Part shown: positions 10,085 through 19,250 of the stretch, one piece after another | Numbering within the stretch: the stretch's first letter is position 1 | Layout of the letters: the number at the start of each line of letters is the position of its first letter | Assembly (NCBI GenBank): GCA_009844425.1 | Contig: VYBN01000034.1 | Span: forward strand, 55,301-119,300 | Length of the DNA stretch: 64,000 bases | DNA from: Gammaproteobacteria bacterium | Lineage (GTDB): Bacteria > Pseudomonadota > Gammaproteobacteria > Steroidobacterales > Foliamicaceae | Direction: 5' to 3' | Translations under genes and position numbers: made by a program | Notes under the pieces: model-generated | Databases searched by the model: none | What the model was told of the DNA's origin: nothing | What the model saw: the letters and a program-made list of their open reading frames with translations, nothing else

Positions 10085-11224
10085 ATGAAGATCCGCAAAT
10101 TGCACCTGCGCAACTGGAAGAACTTCCTAGATGCGGAAGTTTCGGTCACGGATCGTGTCTTCCTGGTAGGCCCAAACGCCTCGGGAAAATCCAACCTTCT
10201 TGATTCTCTGCGGTTTTTGCGCGATCTCGCCTCGGCAGGCGGCGGCTTTCGAGAGGCTGTGCGGCGGCGCGGCGGCGTAGGCGCTATTCGTTGCCTGTCA
10301 GCACGCCGGAAACCGGACATTGAAGTCCGTGTCGAGCTGCACGACGAAAAAGAAGGTTCTCAATGGACCTATGGAATCGTTTTCTCGCAGGACAATCGGA
10401 GCCGACCGCTTCTCCGCAGGGAACGTGTTACCCGGAACAGCAATCTGATCGTCGATCGTCCTGACCAGGAGGATGATGCTGACCGCACGCGCCTCACACA
10501 GACTTATCTGGAGCAAGTAAACGTCAACAAGCAGTTCCGCGCTCTGGCTGATTTCTTCATATCAATCAAATACCTGCACATTGTCCCGCAATTGGTCCGT
10601 GAACCCGATCGTTCGATTGGGCGAACCAACGATCCTTTCGGTGGAGATTTCCTGGAGCAGATAACAAAAACACACACGCGAACGCGCGATGCGCGTCTAA
10701 AGCGCATACGTCAGGCGCTTGGCGTCGCTTTGCCGCAACTGGAGGAGATTGATCTCCAGCGAGATAACCGCGGCCAGCCGCACCTGCGCGGCAAGTACCA
10801 GCACTGGCGGCCGCGAGGCGCCTGGCAAACGGAAGAGCAATTCTCGGACGGGACATTACGGCTTATGGGACTCTTGTGGGCAATCATGGAAAAGGGTGGC
10901 CCCTTGCTTCTTGAGGAACCGGAACTTTCGTTGCATCCCGAGATCGTTCGCGCACTGCCACAGATGCTGGCCAGGGTTCAGCGAAAATCCAATCGGCAGA
11001 TACTTCTCAGCACTCACTCGCCCGATCTGCTGCGCGATGAGGGAATTGGGCTTGACGAAACACTGCTGATTACTCCGGGCAAGGAAGGCGCCTCGATAAG
11101 ATCGGCATCAGCCATTAGCGAGGCGCAGTATCTGCTGGAAGGCGGACTTACGCTTGCCGATATCGTGATCCCCAAAACCCGGCCAGCGCAGGTGGAGCAG
11201 CTGGCCTTATTCGAGGGCGCCTGA
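10085..11224 (+). CDS. ABC-type (AAA_15/AAA_21-like) ATPase, defence-associated
   Basis: GPNASGKS, FSDGT signature, LLLEEPE, STHS; no transmembrane partner. Confidence 0.88.
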   Translation: MKIRKLHLRNWKNFLDAEVSVTDRVFLVGPNASGKSNLLDSLRFLRDLASAGGGFREAVRRRGGVGAIRCLSARRKPDIEVRVELHDEKEGSQWTYGIVFSQDNRSRPLLRRERVTRNSNLIVDRPDQEDDADRTRLTQTYLEQVNVNKQFRALADFFISIKYLHIVPQLVREPDRSIGRTNDPFGGDFLEQITKTHTRTRDARLKRIRQALGVALPQLEEIDLQRDNRGQPHLRGKYQHWRPRGAWQTEEQFSDGTLRLMGLLWAIMEKGGPLLLEEPELSLHPEIVRALPQMLARVQRKSNRQILLSTHSPDLLRDEGIGLDETLLITPGKEGASIRSASAISEAQYLLEGGLTLADIVIPKTRPAQVEQLALFEGA

Positions 11225-11231
11225 GCCTGCG

Positions 11232-11861
11232 ATGTCCGTGACCATCTCCGCGGCAGTCGAAGGCGCTGTTGACGAGGCAGTGGTGCGAAAGCTGGTTGCC
11301 CATGCGGGAGGGCAAACCGGCGGTGTGTACGGGAAAAACGGCAAACCCGATCTGCTTCAAAAACTTGACGGCTACAACAATGCCGCCCGGCACGCACCGT
11401 GGATAGTGCTTGTCGATCTTAACGGTGATGCGGAATGCGCTCCGTCCATACTCAATGACTGGGCGCCCGCGCCTGCTCCCACACTTTGTTTTCGCATCGC
11501 AGTGCGCGAAGTGGAATCCTGGCTGATCGCGGATGCGCCAACATTCGCTAAGTATCTGAGTATCCGGCCAGGGAACCTGCCGTCAGAGCCCGAAAACCTG
11601 GAACAACCAAAGGACACGGTCGTCAATCTTGCGCGCCGCTCGCAACGTCGATTCATCCGCCAGGACATGGTCCCGCGGGAAGGCAGCGGGCGGCGTGTCG
11701 GTCCTGCGTATGCGTCAAGGCTTATCGAATACATCAAATGGCACTGGCGGCCCAACGCCGCTGCGCAGCGATCCGATAGCCTGCGCCGCGCCATCGCATG
11801 CATAGAGAAACTCGTTACGAACACGCGGCGCCAGGAAACCGGCAGCGAGAAAAATCCTTGA
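11232..11861 (+). CDS. TOPRIM-like (DUF4276-like) protein, partner of the ATPase
   Basis: AVEGAVDE, LVDLNGD, REVESWLIAD, RSDSLRR. Confidence 0.7.
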   Translation: MSVTISAAVEGAVDEAVVRKLVAHAGGQTGGVYGKNGKPDLLQKLDGYNNAARHAPWIVLVDLNGDAECAPSILNDWAPAPAPTLCFRIAVREVESWLIADAPTFAKYLSIRPGNLPSEPENLEQPKDTVVNLARRSQRRFIRQDMVPREGSGRRVGPAYASRLIEYIKWHWRPNAAAQRSDSLRRAIACIEKLVTNTRRQETGSEKNP

Positions 11862-11863
11862 CG

Positions 11864-13036
11864 CTAACCGATTATCGGGCTTCCATCCTGGATGATGATT
11901 CTTTCGGCGGGGCGGCGCGACAGGATGTCGTTAAAATCCGTCCCCCGCACCAGCACCAGGTTGGCGGGCTCGCCGGCGCGCGGCTTTGAGCGGCCGTCGC
12001 AGACCGATTTCACCAGCGCCGAGATTGAATCCAGCTGCGCGCCCAGCATGCCGGCATGCAGCGTGTCCAGCAAATCCGCATCGCCGTAAGGATAAAAAGC
12101 ATCGCGGACGTTGTCGCTGGCAAAACGCAGCTCGATGCCCGCGCCGAGCAGCTCATGGACGCAGGTCAGGCCGCGTTGCCGCGGCGTGCCGGCTCCCCGG
12201 TCCTGCAGGTAAAGGTTGGTGAGCGGCAGCGCAATCACTTCGATTTGCGCCCGCAGCAGTTTTTCGATGATCTTGTTGCGCGCCGCGGGCTCCAGCATGG
12301 CCAGGGCGCAGCCGTGGCTGAGCGTGACCTTCCCCTGCAGGCCATTGCTGATAACCGCATCTGCCAGATACTCCACGGATGCCTGATAAGGACTCAGGTG
12401 CTCGTCCTGATGCAGGTCGAGGGGCGCGTCCTGTTCGATGGCCAACTCGATAAGGGCGTCGATCGAGCGCTTCGGCTCGGCATACAGCGCCGGGGCGGCG
12501 CCGATGAGCCTGGCGCCTGCGGCCAGCGCCGCCGCAATCAGACTCCGGGCGGTGGGGGTTGCCGGGTCCAGCCGCTGCGTAGCAAAGGCAACCACCTCGA
12601 TTTGCATCTTCGCGGCCATGTCCGCCGCGGCATCCAGGGTGCCTTGCACCGCTGCCAGGCGGGTTGAGCTATCGAGGTCGGCATGGGTGCGGATGCCGGT
12701 GGTGCCGTGGGAAAAAGCCCGATGAAACAGCTTGCGCGCATGCAAGCGGTATTGATCGCGGCCAAAGCCGCCGAGCATTTCCAGGGTCAGGGCAACGGCA
12801 TGCTCGAAGGAATCGGGTTTGCCTCCCGCCAGGGTAAAGGCCCGGTTGGCGTGAACATGCTTATCGACCAGCGGCGGCAGGCAAACCCACTCGGCCGCCG
12901 CGTCGATCTCCCTGATTTCCGCTATTTTCCCATCGGATACGGCAATCTCCAGTACCTGATCCGAGCCTGGAAAGGCGACATTGCTGATGATCGCGCCACC
13001 GCCATTGCCGGAAATTGCGACGAGGTTGGCAGGCAT
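11864..13036 (-). CDS. cytosine deaminase-like amidohydrolase
   Basis: DKHVH, GTTGIRTH, LHQDE, SHG, LPLTNLYLQ, ASDNVRDAFYPYG. Confidence 0.85.
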   Translation of the reverse strand: MPANLVAISGNGGGAIISNVAFPGSDQVLEIAVSDGKIAEIREIDAAAEWVCLPPLVDKHVHANRAFTLAGGKPDSFEHAVALTLEMLGGFGRDQYRLHARKLFHRAFSHGTTGIRTHADLDSSTRLAAVQGTLDAAADMAAKMQIEVVAFATQRLDPATPTARSLIAAALAAGARLIGAAPALYAEPKRSIDALIELAIEQDAPLDLHQDEHLSPYQASVEYLADAVISNGLQGKVTLSHGCALAMLEPAARNKIIEKLLRAQIEVIALPLTNLYLQDRGAGTPRQRGLTCVHELLGAGIELRFASDNVRDAFYPYGDADLLDTLHAGMLGAQLDSISALVKSVCDGRSKPRAGEPANLVLVRGTDFNDILSRRPAERIIIQDGSPIIG

Positions 13037-13215
13037 CGCTGTTCCCGACGCCTGCTAGTGTGCTGCTCTGGAAATAACTACCATCATTCGCGGCCCTGTT
13101 TCCTCCCCGGCTGCGTTGCTCCTCCTTGTGCGGGGCCTGCCACGCTGCATCGTCGCGCCTTGCCAGGAAGAAAACATGCCTCGCGCCTTATCGCAGTTGC
13201 TCACGGGGCAGGACA

Positions 13216-14565
13216 CTAGCCGGCGGGGCGGGTGATGCAAACGCCTTGGCCTTGCTGCTGATCGTCGATTTCGCCGTTTTCATAAACGACGCGCCCATTC
13301 GCAACCGTCGTCACGGGCCAGCCCTTCAGCTTCATCCCTTCATAGATGCAGGTGCCGCGCCCTTCATGCTTGACTTCGCGTTCCTCGTCCAGATCGACCA
13401 GCACCATATCCGCATCGGTGTTGGGCTCCAGCGAGCCCTTGCGCGGGTAATAGCCGAACCGTTTGGCCGGAGCGTATGAATTCATTCGGACCAGCTGCTG
13501 CAGCGGCAGCCCCCGGTTGATGACCCCGTGCGTAAGCAGCAGCGGCAATTCCCAGGGAAAGCTGACCACCCCAGGGAACTCCGTCCACAAATCCTCGCCC
13601 TTCTTCGGCAGAAACGGCACGTGATCGCTGCCGATGGAATTGACCTTGTTCGCCAGCGCCCCCCGCCACAGCCATTCCAGCTGCTCACGATCACGCAGGG
13701 GCGGCGAAATTTTGGCCTTCATGTCCAGGTCTTCGTCGTAGCAGGTGCGGGTCAGGTAGTGCGGGCAGGTTTCCACGGTCACGTCTATGCCCTTAGCGCG
13801 CGCCTCCGCGGCCAGATCCGGGCCGGCGCCCACGGAGGTATGCACCAGCTGCAGGGCGCAGCCGGTGCGCTCGGCCAGAAAGATCATGCGCTTGATGGTT
13901 TCCACTTCGCAGAATGCGGGGCGCGATTCCGTGTAGGCGCCCAGATCCTGGCGCCCGGAGGCCAGCATGTCCTGCTTGAACCAGGAAGCGATGGCCGTGT
14001 TTTCGCAATGCACGGACACCACGCCCTGTGGGAGTTTGGCCACTTGCAGCATGGTTGCGTACACCCAGCCGTCATTGGCCGGCACGATCCCTATGGGATT
14101 GTCGGGCTCGTAGCCGAAATACAGCTTGAAGGATTGCACGCCGGTGTGTTCGACGATTTGCGGAATCTCGCGGATGTGCTCTTCGCGCTGAATGCCGAAG
14201 TGGAATCCGAAATCGATGCAGGCGTTTTGCTCGCCGACGCCTCGGCGTTCATCGTAAAACGGCAAATAGGATTCCTGCTTGTTGCGGATGTACAGGAAGA
14301 TGGTGGAGATGCCGCCGCGGGCCGCCTGGGCGGTTTCCGTGCGCATGTCCTCGTCGTAGGGATACGCCACCCCCAGGTGGCAATGCGTATCGATGACACC
14401 CGGAAACAGGCACAGGCCTTGCGCGTCGATGACCCGCTTTGCCTGCGGCAAGGCATCGTCGGCGCCGGTCATCAGGATCTTGCCGTCCTTCACGGCAACG
14501 CCGCCGAAGAACTCGCCTGAGTGGTCAACCACCCGGGCATTGCGAATCGCCAAGTCCGCCTTCAT
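13216..14565 (-). CDS. cyclic amidohydrolase (dihydroorotase/allantoinase/hydantoinase family)
   Basis: PGVIDTHCH, FKLY, VHCE, ETCPHYL, GSDH; start at MKADLAIRN. Confidence 0.88.
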   Translation of the reverse strand: MKADLAIRNARVVDHSGEFFGGVAVKDGKILMTGADDALPQAKRVIDAQGLCLFPGVIDTHCHLGVAYPYDEDMRTETAQAARGGISTIFLYIRNKQESYLPFYDERRGVGEQNACIDFGFHFGIQREEHIREIPQIVEHTGVQSFKLYFGYEPDNPIGIVPANDGWVYATMLQVAKLPQGVVSVHCENTAIASWFKQDMLASGRQDLGAYTESRPAFCEVETIKRMIFLAERTGCALQLVHTSVGAGPDLAAEARAKGIDVTVETCPHYLTRTCYDEDLDMKAKISPPLRDREQLEWLWRGALANKVNSIGSDHVPFLPKKGEDLWTEFPGVVSFPWELPLLLTHGVINRGLPLQQLVRMNSYAPAKRFGYYPRKGSLEPNTDADMVLVDLDEEREVKHEGRGTCIYEGMKLKGWPVTTVANGRVVYENGEIDDQQQGQGVCITRPAG

Positions 14566-15470
14566 CGGCCATGCCCCCCGCGCAACCTGTCGATAATCCT
14601 GGCAACGCCTCGCCACTGGCTTGCGCCCACCGTGACCGGCGCCCGCCGCCCCAAAGCCCGCGCCCAGACCGCCTTGCGCCCGCTGCGCCGGGCATGATCC
14701 AGGTCAACGCCTCCCGGCGGCGCCGACAAATCCATCACCAGGGCGGTTGCGGGCAGTGCGTCAATGATCGTTTGGGTAACGATGGGCGCGGGCACGGTTG
14801 AAAGGATCATGTCAAAACCAGGCGCCGCTTTGGCCAGACGCTCCAGAGGCAAGCCTTCGGCGCCGGCCGCATAGGCCATGGCCCGCTGCGCCGGATTGCG
14901 CGCCGCAACCGTTACCCGGGCGCCCAGGGCGATCAGGGAGCGCGTCAATACCGAGCCGATATTGCCCTGGCCCACCACGCACACGGAGGAATTGTGGATG
15001 GTGATGACGGTGTTTTCAATGATGATCCTGATGGCGGCTTCGACGATTGCCGGCGCCCGCAGCAGCATCAGCTCCTGATCGTGCTCGTATTCATGGATGC
15101 CTATGCCTAAGCGGCCCGCCGCATCCTTCAGCCCTTCATCCGCTTTGCCCAGGATAATGTGGGCGCCTTCGGCCATGGCCGAAAGCAGGTCCTCCCGGGG
15201 AATGATTTTTTCCTCAGCGAAAATGCTGCCGTCCGCAGCAATGCCCGGTATGGGCATGAGGCAGAACTCGGCGCCTTGCAAGCAATCCCGCGCGCTTGAA
15301 GCCAAATGAACACCCGCCACCCCGCCCTCCGGCCAGGGAAAACCAAAGGCCGTTACGCTGGCGCCGGCGGCGGCCGCCAGACGGGCGATTTCCTGTTCGC
15401 GCTCATCGCCGCCCAGCACGGCGATTTTCAGCGATTCCAGCTTTCCTGGGGCTTTTTGTTGATTGGGCAT
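14562..15470 (-). CDS. dipicolinate synthase subunit A (DpaA/SpoVFA)-like NAD(P)-binding protein
   Basis: KIAVLGGDERE, ITIHNSSVCVVGQGNIG, STVPA, MDLSAPPGGVD. No subunit B in the window. Confidence 0.75.
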   Translation of the reverse strand: MPNQQKAPGKLESLKIAVLGGDEREQEIARLAAAAGASVTAFGFPWPEGGVAGVHLASSARDCLQGAEFCLMPIPGIAADGSIFAEEKIIPREDLLSAMAEGAHIILGKADEGLKDAAGRLGIGIHEYEHDQELMLLRAPAIVEAAIRIIIENTVITIHNSSVCVVGQGNIGSVLTRSLIALGARVTVAARNPAQRAMAYAAGAEGLPLERLAKAAPGFDMILSTVPAPIVTQTIIDALPATALVMDLSAPPGGVDLDHARRSGRKAVWARALGRRAPVTVGASQWRGVARIIDRLRGGHGR

Positions 15471-15477
15471 AGTGATG

Positions 15478-16926
15478 TTATTCCGTGGAATCGAAATTAA
15501 TGTGCTTGGTCTGGGTGAATTCGTGCAGGCCGTCAAATCCGGCCATGCGCCCGACTCCGCTTTCCTTGTAGCCTCCCACTTCGGTTTCGGCATAAAAACG
15601 GTTGTAGTTGTTGACCCAGACTGTCCCGGCCTTTATTCCCCGGGACAGGAACCAGGCCCGGTCCAGGTTTTGGGTGAACACGCCCGAGGCCAGGCCGAAA
15701 GGCGTGCTGTTGGCCAGATGCACAGCCTCGTCATCGCTGGCAAAAGGCTGCACCGTAAGCACGGGGCCGAAAATCTCCTCCTGCACCAGTGGCGATTGCG
15801 GATCCACGCCGGAAAAAATTGCGGGCGCAATAAAATTGCACTTGCCGTGATCGACGCCCGCAACCGGCTCGCCGCCGGCCACCAGAGTCGCCTCCTTCTT
15901 GCCCAGTTCAACGAAGCTGAGAATTTTCTCATATTGATCGCGCGTGGTGATGGCGCCCATCTGGCTCGCCGGATCCAGGCCGGGGCCTACCTTCACGCCG
16001 TCGATTGCCTGAGCCAGCCGCTCGCAAACCTCCTTCTCGACCGAGGACTCGACCAGCAAACGCGAGGGGGCCGTGCAGATCTGCCCGCAGGTTGTGAAGA
16101 AGATGAAGCGCGCCAGGGTGGCAATGGCTTTTTCCATGTCGGCATCGGCGCACAACACGAAAGGCGACTTGCCGCCCAGTTCAAGGGCAACTTTCTTCAC
16201 TGTGGCGGCCGCATCGCGGGCGATGCCCTTGCCGGTGGCGCCGTCGCCGGTAAAGGCGAGCATATCGACCCCGGGATGCTCCACTATCGCCTGGCCCACG
16301 CTGCCGCCGGAGCCTGTGAGCATGCCCACTACGCCCTCCGGCAGCCCTTCGCATTCCACCAGCAGCGACAGGATTTCGATGCTGATGCCCGCGGTCTGCG
16401 AGGCAGGTTTGGACAACACGGCATTGCCGGCCGCCAGCGCCGGCGCCAGGTCCCGCACCAGCAGGCTGATCGGCCAGTTCCACGGTGAGATGACCGCGAC
16501 CACGCCCATGGGTTCGCGCAATACCACTCCCATGACTCTGGCGCCCAGGCTGTGGCTGTGGCCGCAAAGGCTGCGGGCCAATCCGGCGTTGAAGCGAATC
16601 ACGTTGACCTGGTTGGCGATTTCAAATTTCGCCTCGCCCAGCAGCTTGCCGTTCTCAAGGGTCAGCCGCCGCGCCAGTGCTTCAACATTCCTTTCGATCC
16701 GCCCGGCCCATTGCAGCAGCACATCGGCGCGCAGCCTGGCGTCGGTTGCCCAATCGCTTTGCGCCAATGCGCGTTGCGCCGCTCCCACCGCCGCATCAAC
16801 ATGCTGCGGCGTCAGCGCCGGCGCCTGGGATACTTCTTCGCCTGAGGCTGGATCGACGATGGCGTTGCCGCCGTCTGCACCAGCGTCAACCCATTCCCCG
16901 GCCACATAAGCTGCATATTTCTTCAC
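15478..16926 (-). CDS. aldehyde dehydrogenase
   Basis: ISPWNWP, FTGD, LELGGKSP, GQICTA, EEIFGP. Confidence 0.95.
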   Translation of the reverse strand: MKKYAAYVAGEWVDAGADGGNAIVDPASGEEVSQAPALTPQHVDAAVGAAQRALAQSDWATDARLRADVLLQWAGRIERNVEALARRLTLENGKLLGEAKFEIANQVNVIRFNAGLARSLCGHSHSLGARVMGVVLREPMGVVAVISPWNWPISLLVRDLAPALAAGNAVLSKPASQTAGISIEILSLLVECEGLPEGVVGMLTGSGGSVGQAIVEHPGVDMLAFTGDGATGKGIARDAAATVKKVALELGGKSPFVLCADADMEKAIATLARFIFFTTCGQICTAPSRLLVESSVEKEVCERLAQAIDGVKVGPGLDPASQMGAITTRDQYEKILSFVELGKKEATLVAGGEPVAGVDHGKCNFIAPAIFSGVDPQSPLVQEEIFGPVLTVQPFASDDEAVHLANSTPFGLASGVFTQNLDRAWFLSRGIKAGTVWVNNYNRFYAETEVGGYKESGVGRMAGFDGLHEFTQTKHINFDSTE

Positions 16927-18050
16927 GAAGTCATATTCCCTGATGTTTGCGAAGCCGGGCCTGATTCCTGCGGCCGCACCAGTCCAAGCAGTTCGTCCTT
17001 GCCGAGTCCGTCAATGCCCATTGCCGCGGCGGAGCGTCCTTCGGGCAAGGCCGCGCCGCCCACCAGGATTTCCGCCAGATTCATCAGCGAGGCGGCGACC
17101 GGAACACTTGCGCCGGCAATTCCGGCCAAGGCAAGAAACGGCTTGATCCCGTACCAGAAATCTTCGCGGTAGTAACGGTGGGCCAGCGAGTCGGGCGCCT
17201 TGATCCGGCTGTTGGCCTTGCCGCTGCGAACCGCGGCCGCCAGCCCGGCGGATTTGTCAGCGCCGCTTTCGATGGTGCCTATGGACTGCATTTCGGCAAA
17301 CAGATCCGGCAGGTCATGCCCGTAGCAGCGGGCAACGGCCAGCCGCTCGTCATCCAGCGCAGCCATGACGCGGCCCACGCCATCCGGCAGGCCCTGCACA
17401 TAGAACGTGAAATCGCCCCGGCGCGACTCCACCCAGGCGGCGCCCAGCAAGGCGCCGGGCGGATGCAGCACCATGTTGACGTTGGCCAGGCCGGTGGCGA
17501 TCACGTCGGTGGCGTCCTTCGCGATCGGATACAGAACCTTTGCGGCGCTCAGCGCTGCTTCGCCGCCCGGCATCGCCGCTACCCGCACCTGCTTCGCCGC
17601 GCCCGTGATCGAAACCATGCCGGGCTGCGGCTTTCTCGCCACGTAGGTCAAAGTGGAAAATTCGGCTGTGGGCGGCGGCGCCACGCCATGGCGCTTAAAC
17701 GCCGCAACAAACTCCAGCGCGCCGCCGGTATGGCCAGGGTTCAGAACGACGGGCGCGGCATTTGCGCCGAGGGCCGCCAATGCTGCGGCAATGCGACCGT
17801 GCGCCGTAGTCGGCAGGCAACTGAGAATAACGTCGGCGCCATCAATAGCCGCGGCCAGATCAGCCGTCATCAGCTCCGGCGCGGCCAGACCCTCGCCCAG
17901 AACCCCGTTGTATCGAATGCCCCCGGCCCGCCGAAAAGGCAGCAGCGTTTCATCGGAGCGGTTCCAGAGCCGGACCTTGAAGCCCTTGTTGACCAGTTCC
18001 GCCAGCGCGGCGCCGCCGCCATTGCCGGCCCCCAGCACAGCCACGATCAT
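16923..18050 (-). CDS. NAD/NADP octopine/nopaline (opine) dehydrogenase family
   Basis: VLGAGNGG, LNPGHTGG, NMVLHP, LDDERLAVA, HRYYRED. Confidence 0.85.
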   Translation of the reverse strand: MIVAVLGAGNGGGAALAELVNKGFKVRLWNRSDETLLPFRRAGGIRYNGVLGEGLAAPELMTADLAAAIDGADVILSCLPTTAHGRIAAALAALGANAAPVVLNPGHTGGALEFVAAFKRHGVAPPPTAEFSTLTYVARKPQPGMVSITGAAKQVRVAAMPGGEAALSAAKVLYPIAKDATDVIATGLANVNMVLHPPGALLGAAWVESRRGDFTFYVQGLPDGVGRVMAALDDERLAVARCYGHDLPDLFAEMQSIGTIESGADKSAGLAAAVRSGKANSRIKAPDSLAHRYYREDFWYGIKPFLALAGIAGASVPVAASLMNLAEILVGGAALPEGRSAAAMGIDGLGKDELLGLVRPQESGPASQTSGNMTS

Positions 18051-19204
18051 GGCGCCGCATATTTCTTCAGCTTGTCCGTATCCACCTCGATGCCGAGGCC
18101 CGGGCCGTCCGGCACCAGCACGCAGCCGTCTTCGAATCTGAAAGGCTCGGTGATCAGGTCGTCCAGGTAATAGACGCCCGCCACCGAGGGTCCCGCAGCG
18201 CCTTCGGGCTTGGATACGGGAGACACGCTGGGCAGGATGGCGATCTCCGATGCGGCCCCCAGATGCAGATTGGCCGCATTGCCGATGCCGGACTCTATCG
18301 AGCCGCCTATGTCGCTGTACATTCCCAAAGCGCCGGCTATATCCGCCTGCTGTCTGGCCCGGTACAAGCCTCCCGGCTTGGTTACGTAGCAGGAAAAGCA
18401 GGCAGCGGCCTTGAGCGCGTGCAGCTCCAGAATGTCATGCACCGTCCAGGCCGATTCATCCGCCATGACCGGGCAGTCGATGCGCTCCGCCACCTGGGCC
18501 AATTGCCTGTTGTCCATCAAAGGCTGCTCGCACAGCAGGATGCCGTATTCCTCCTGCCGCCTGGTCACATCGATCGCTTCCCACACCGTGCGATAGCCTT
18601 CGTTGCCGTCCACTCTGATCCTGATGTCACTGCCCAGCCGCTCGCGCAGTTTTCTGACCACCTGAACGTCGCGTTGCGGGTCAAGGCCGGTCTTGCATTT
18701 CAGCGTTTTCGCGCCCTCCTCGACCGCCATCACCGCTTCATCGACGCATTTTTCCACCGGCATGATGCCCAGCGAGTGCGCCACCTCGATGCGGTCGCGG
18801 AATGCTCCACCCAGCAGCCGGTAAACCGGCACGTCCGCCGCTTTTCCGGCTATGTCGTAGCAGGCCATGTCCAAAGCCGCCTTGGCGTAAGGATTGCCCT
18901 TTACCGTCCTGTCCATGGTGCGGTGAATGACCGCAATGTCGCGCGGGTCGAGGCCCTTGATGGCTTCGATCAGGTGCCCGGCAATAACATGCCGAACGGT
19001 CTTCGGTGATTCGCCGCAATAGCGGCCGTGCGGGCCGCCCCAGGAAATGCCGGCCGGAGCCTCCCCCCAGCCGCTGATCCCCTCATCGGTATCCACCCTT
19101 ACCACGGCGTGATAGCCGATAGGCGCCGTCATCTTGCTGGCCCAGGTGTGATGCCGCCGGTTCGGCAGCGTCACCAGAAAAATTTCGCAATCGGTAATTT
19201 TCAT
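18047..19204 (-). CDS. mandelate racemase/muconate lactonizing enzyme family (enolase superfamily)
   Basis: GWGE, AKAALDMACYD, KCK, DGNE, EQP, DES, PGLG. Confidence 0.9.
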   Translation of the reverse strand: MKITDCEIFLVTLPNRRHHTWASKMTAPIGYHAVVRVDTDEGISGWGEAPAGISWGGPHGRYCGESPKTVRHVIAGHLIEAIKGLDPRDIAVIHRTMDRTVKGNPYAKAALDMACYDIAGKAADVPVYRLLGGAFRDRIEVAHSLGIMPVEKCVDEAVMAVEEGAKTLKCKTGLDPQRDVQVVRKLRERLGSDIRIRVDGNEGYRTVWEAIDVTRRQEEYGILLCEQPLMDNRQLAQVAERIDCPVMADESAWTVHDILELHALKAAACFSCYVTKPGGLYRARQQADIAGALGMYSDIGGSIESGIGNAANLHLGAASEIAILPSVSPVSKPEGAAGPSVAGVYYLDDLITEPFRFEDGCVLVPDGPGLGIEVDTDKLKKYAAP

Positions 19205-19250
19205 AATACCTTGCCGGGTCGCGCAGTGGTTTGCGGGACGGCGCGCCGGC

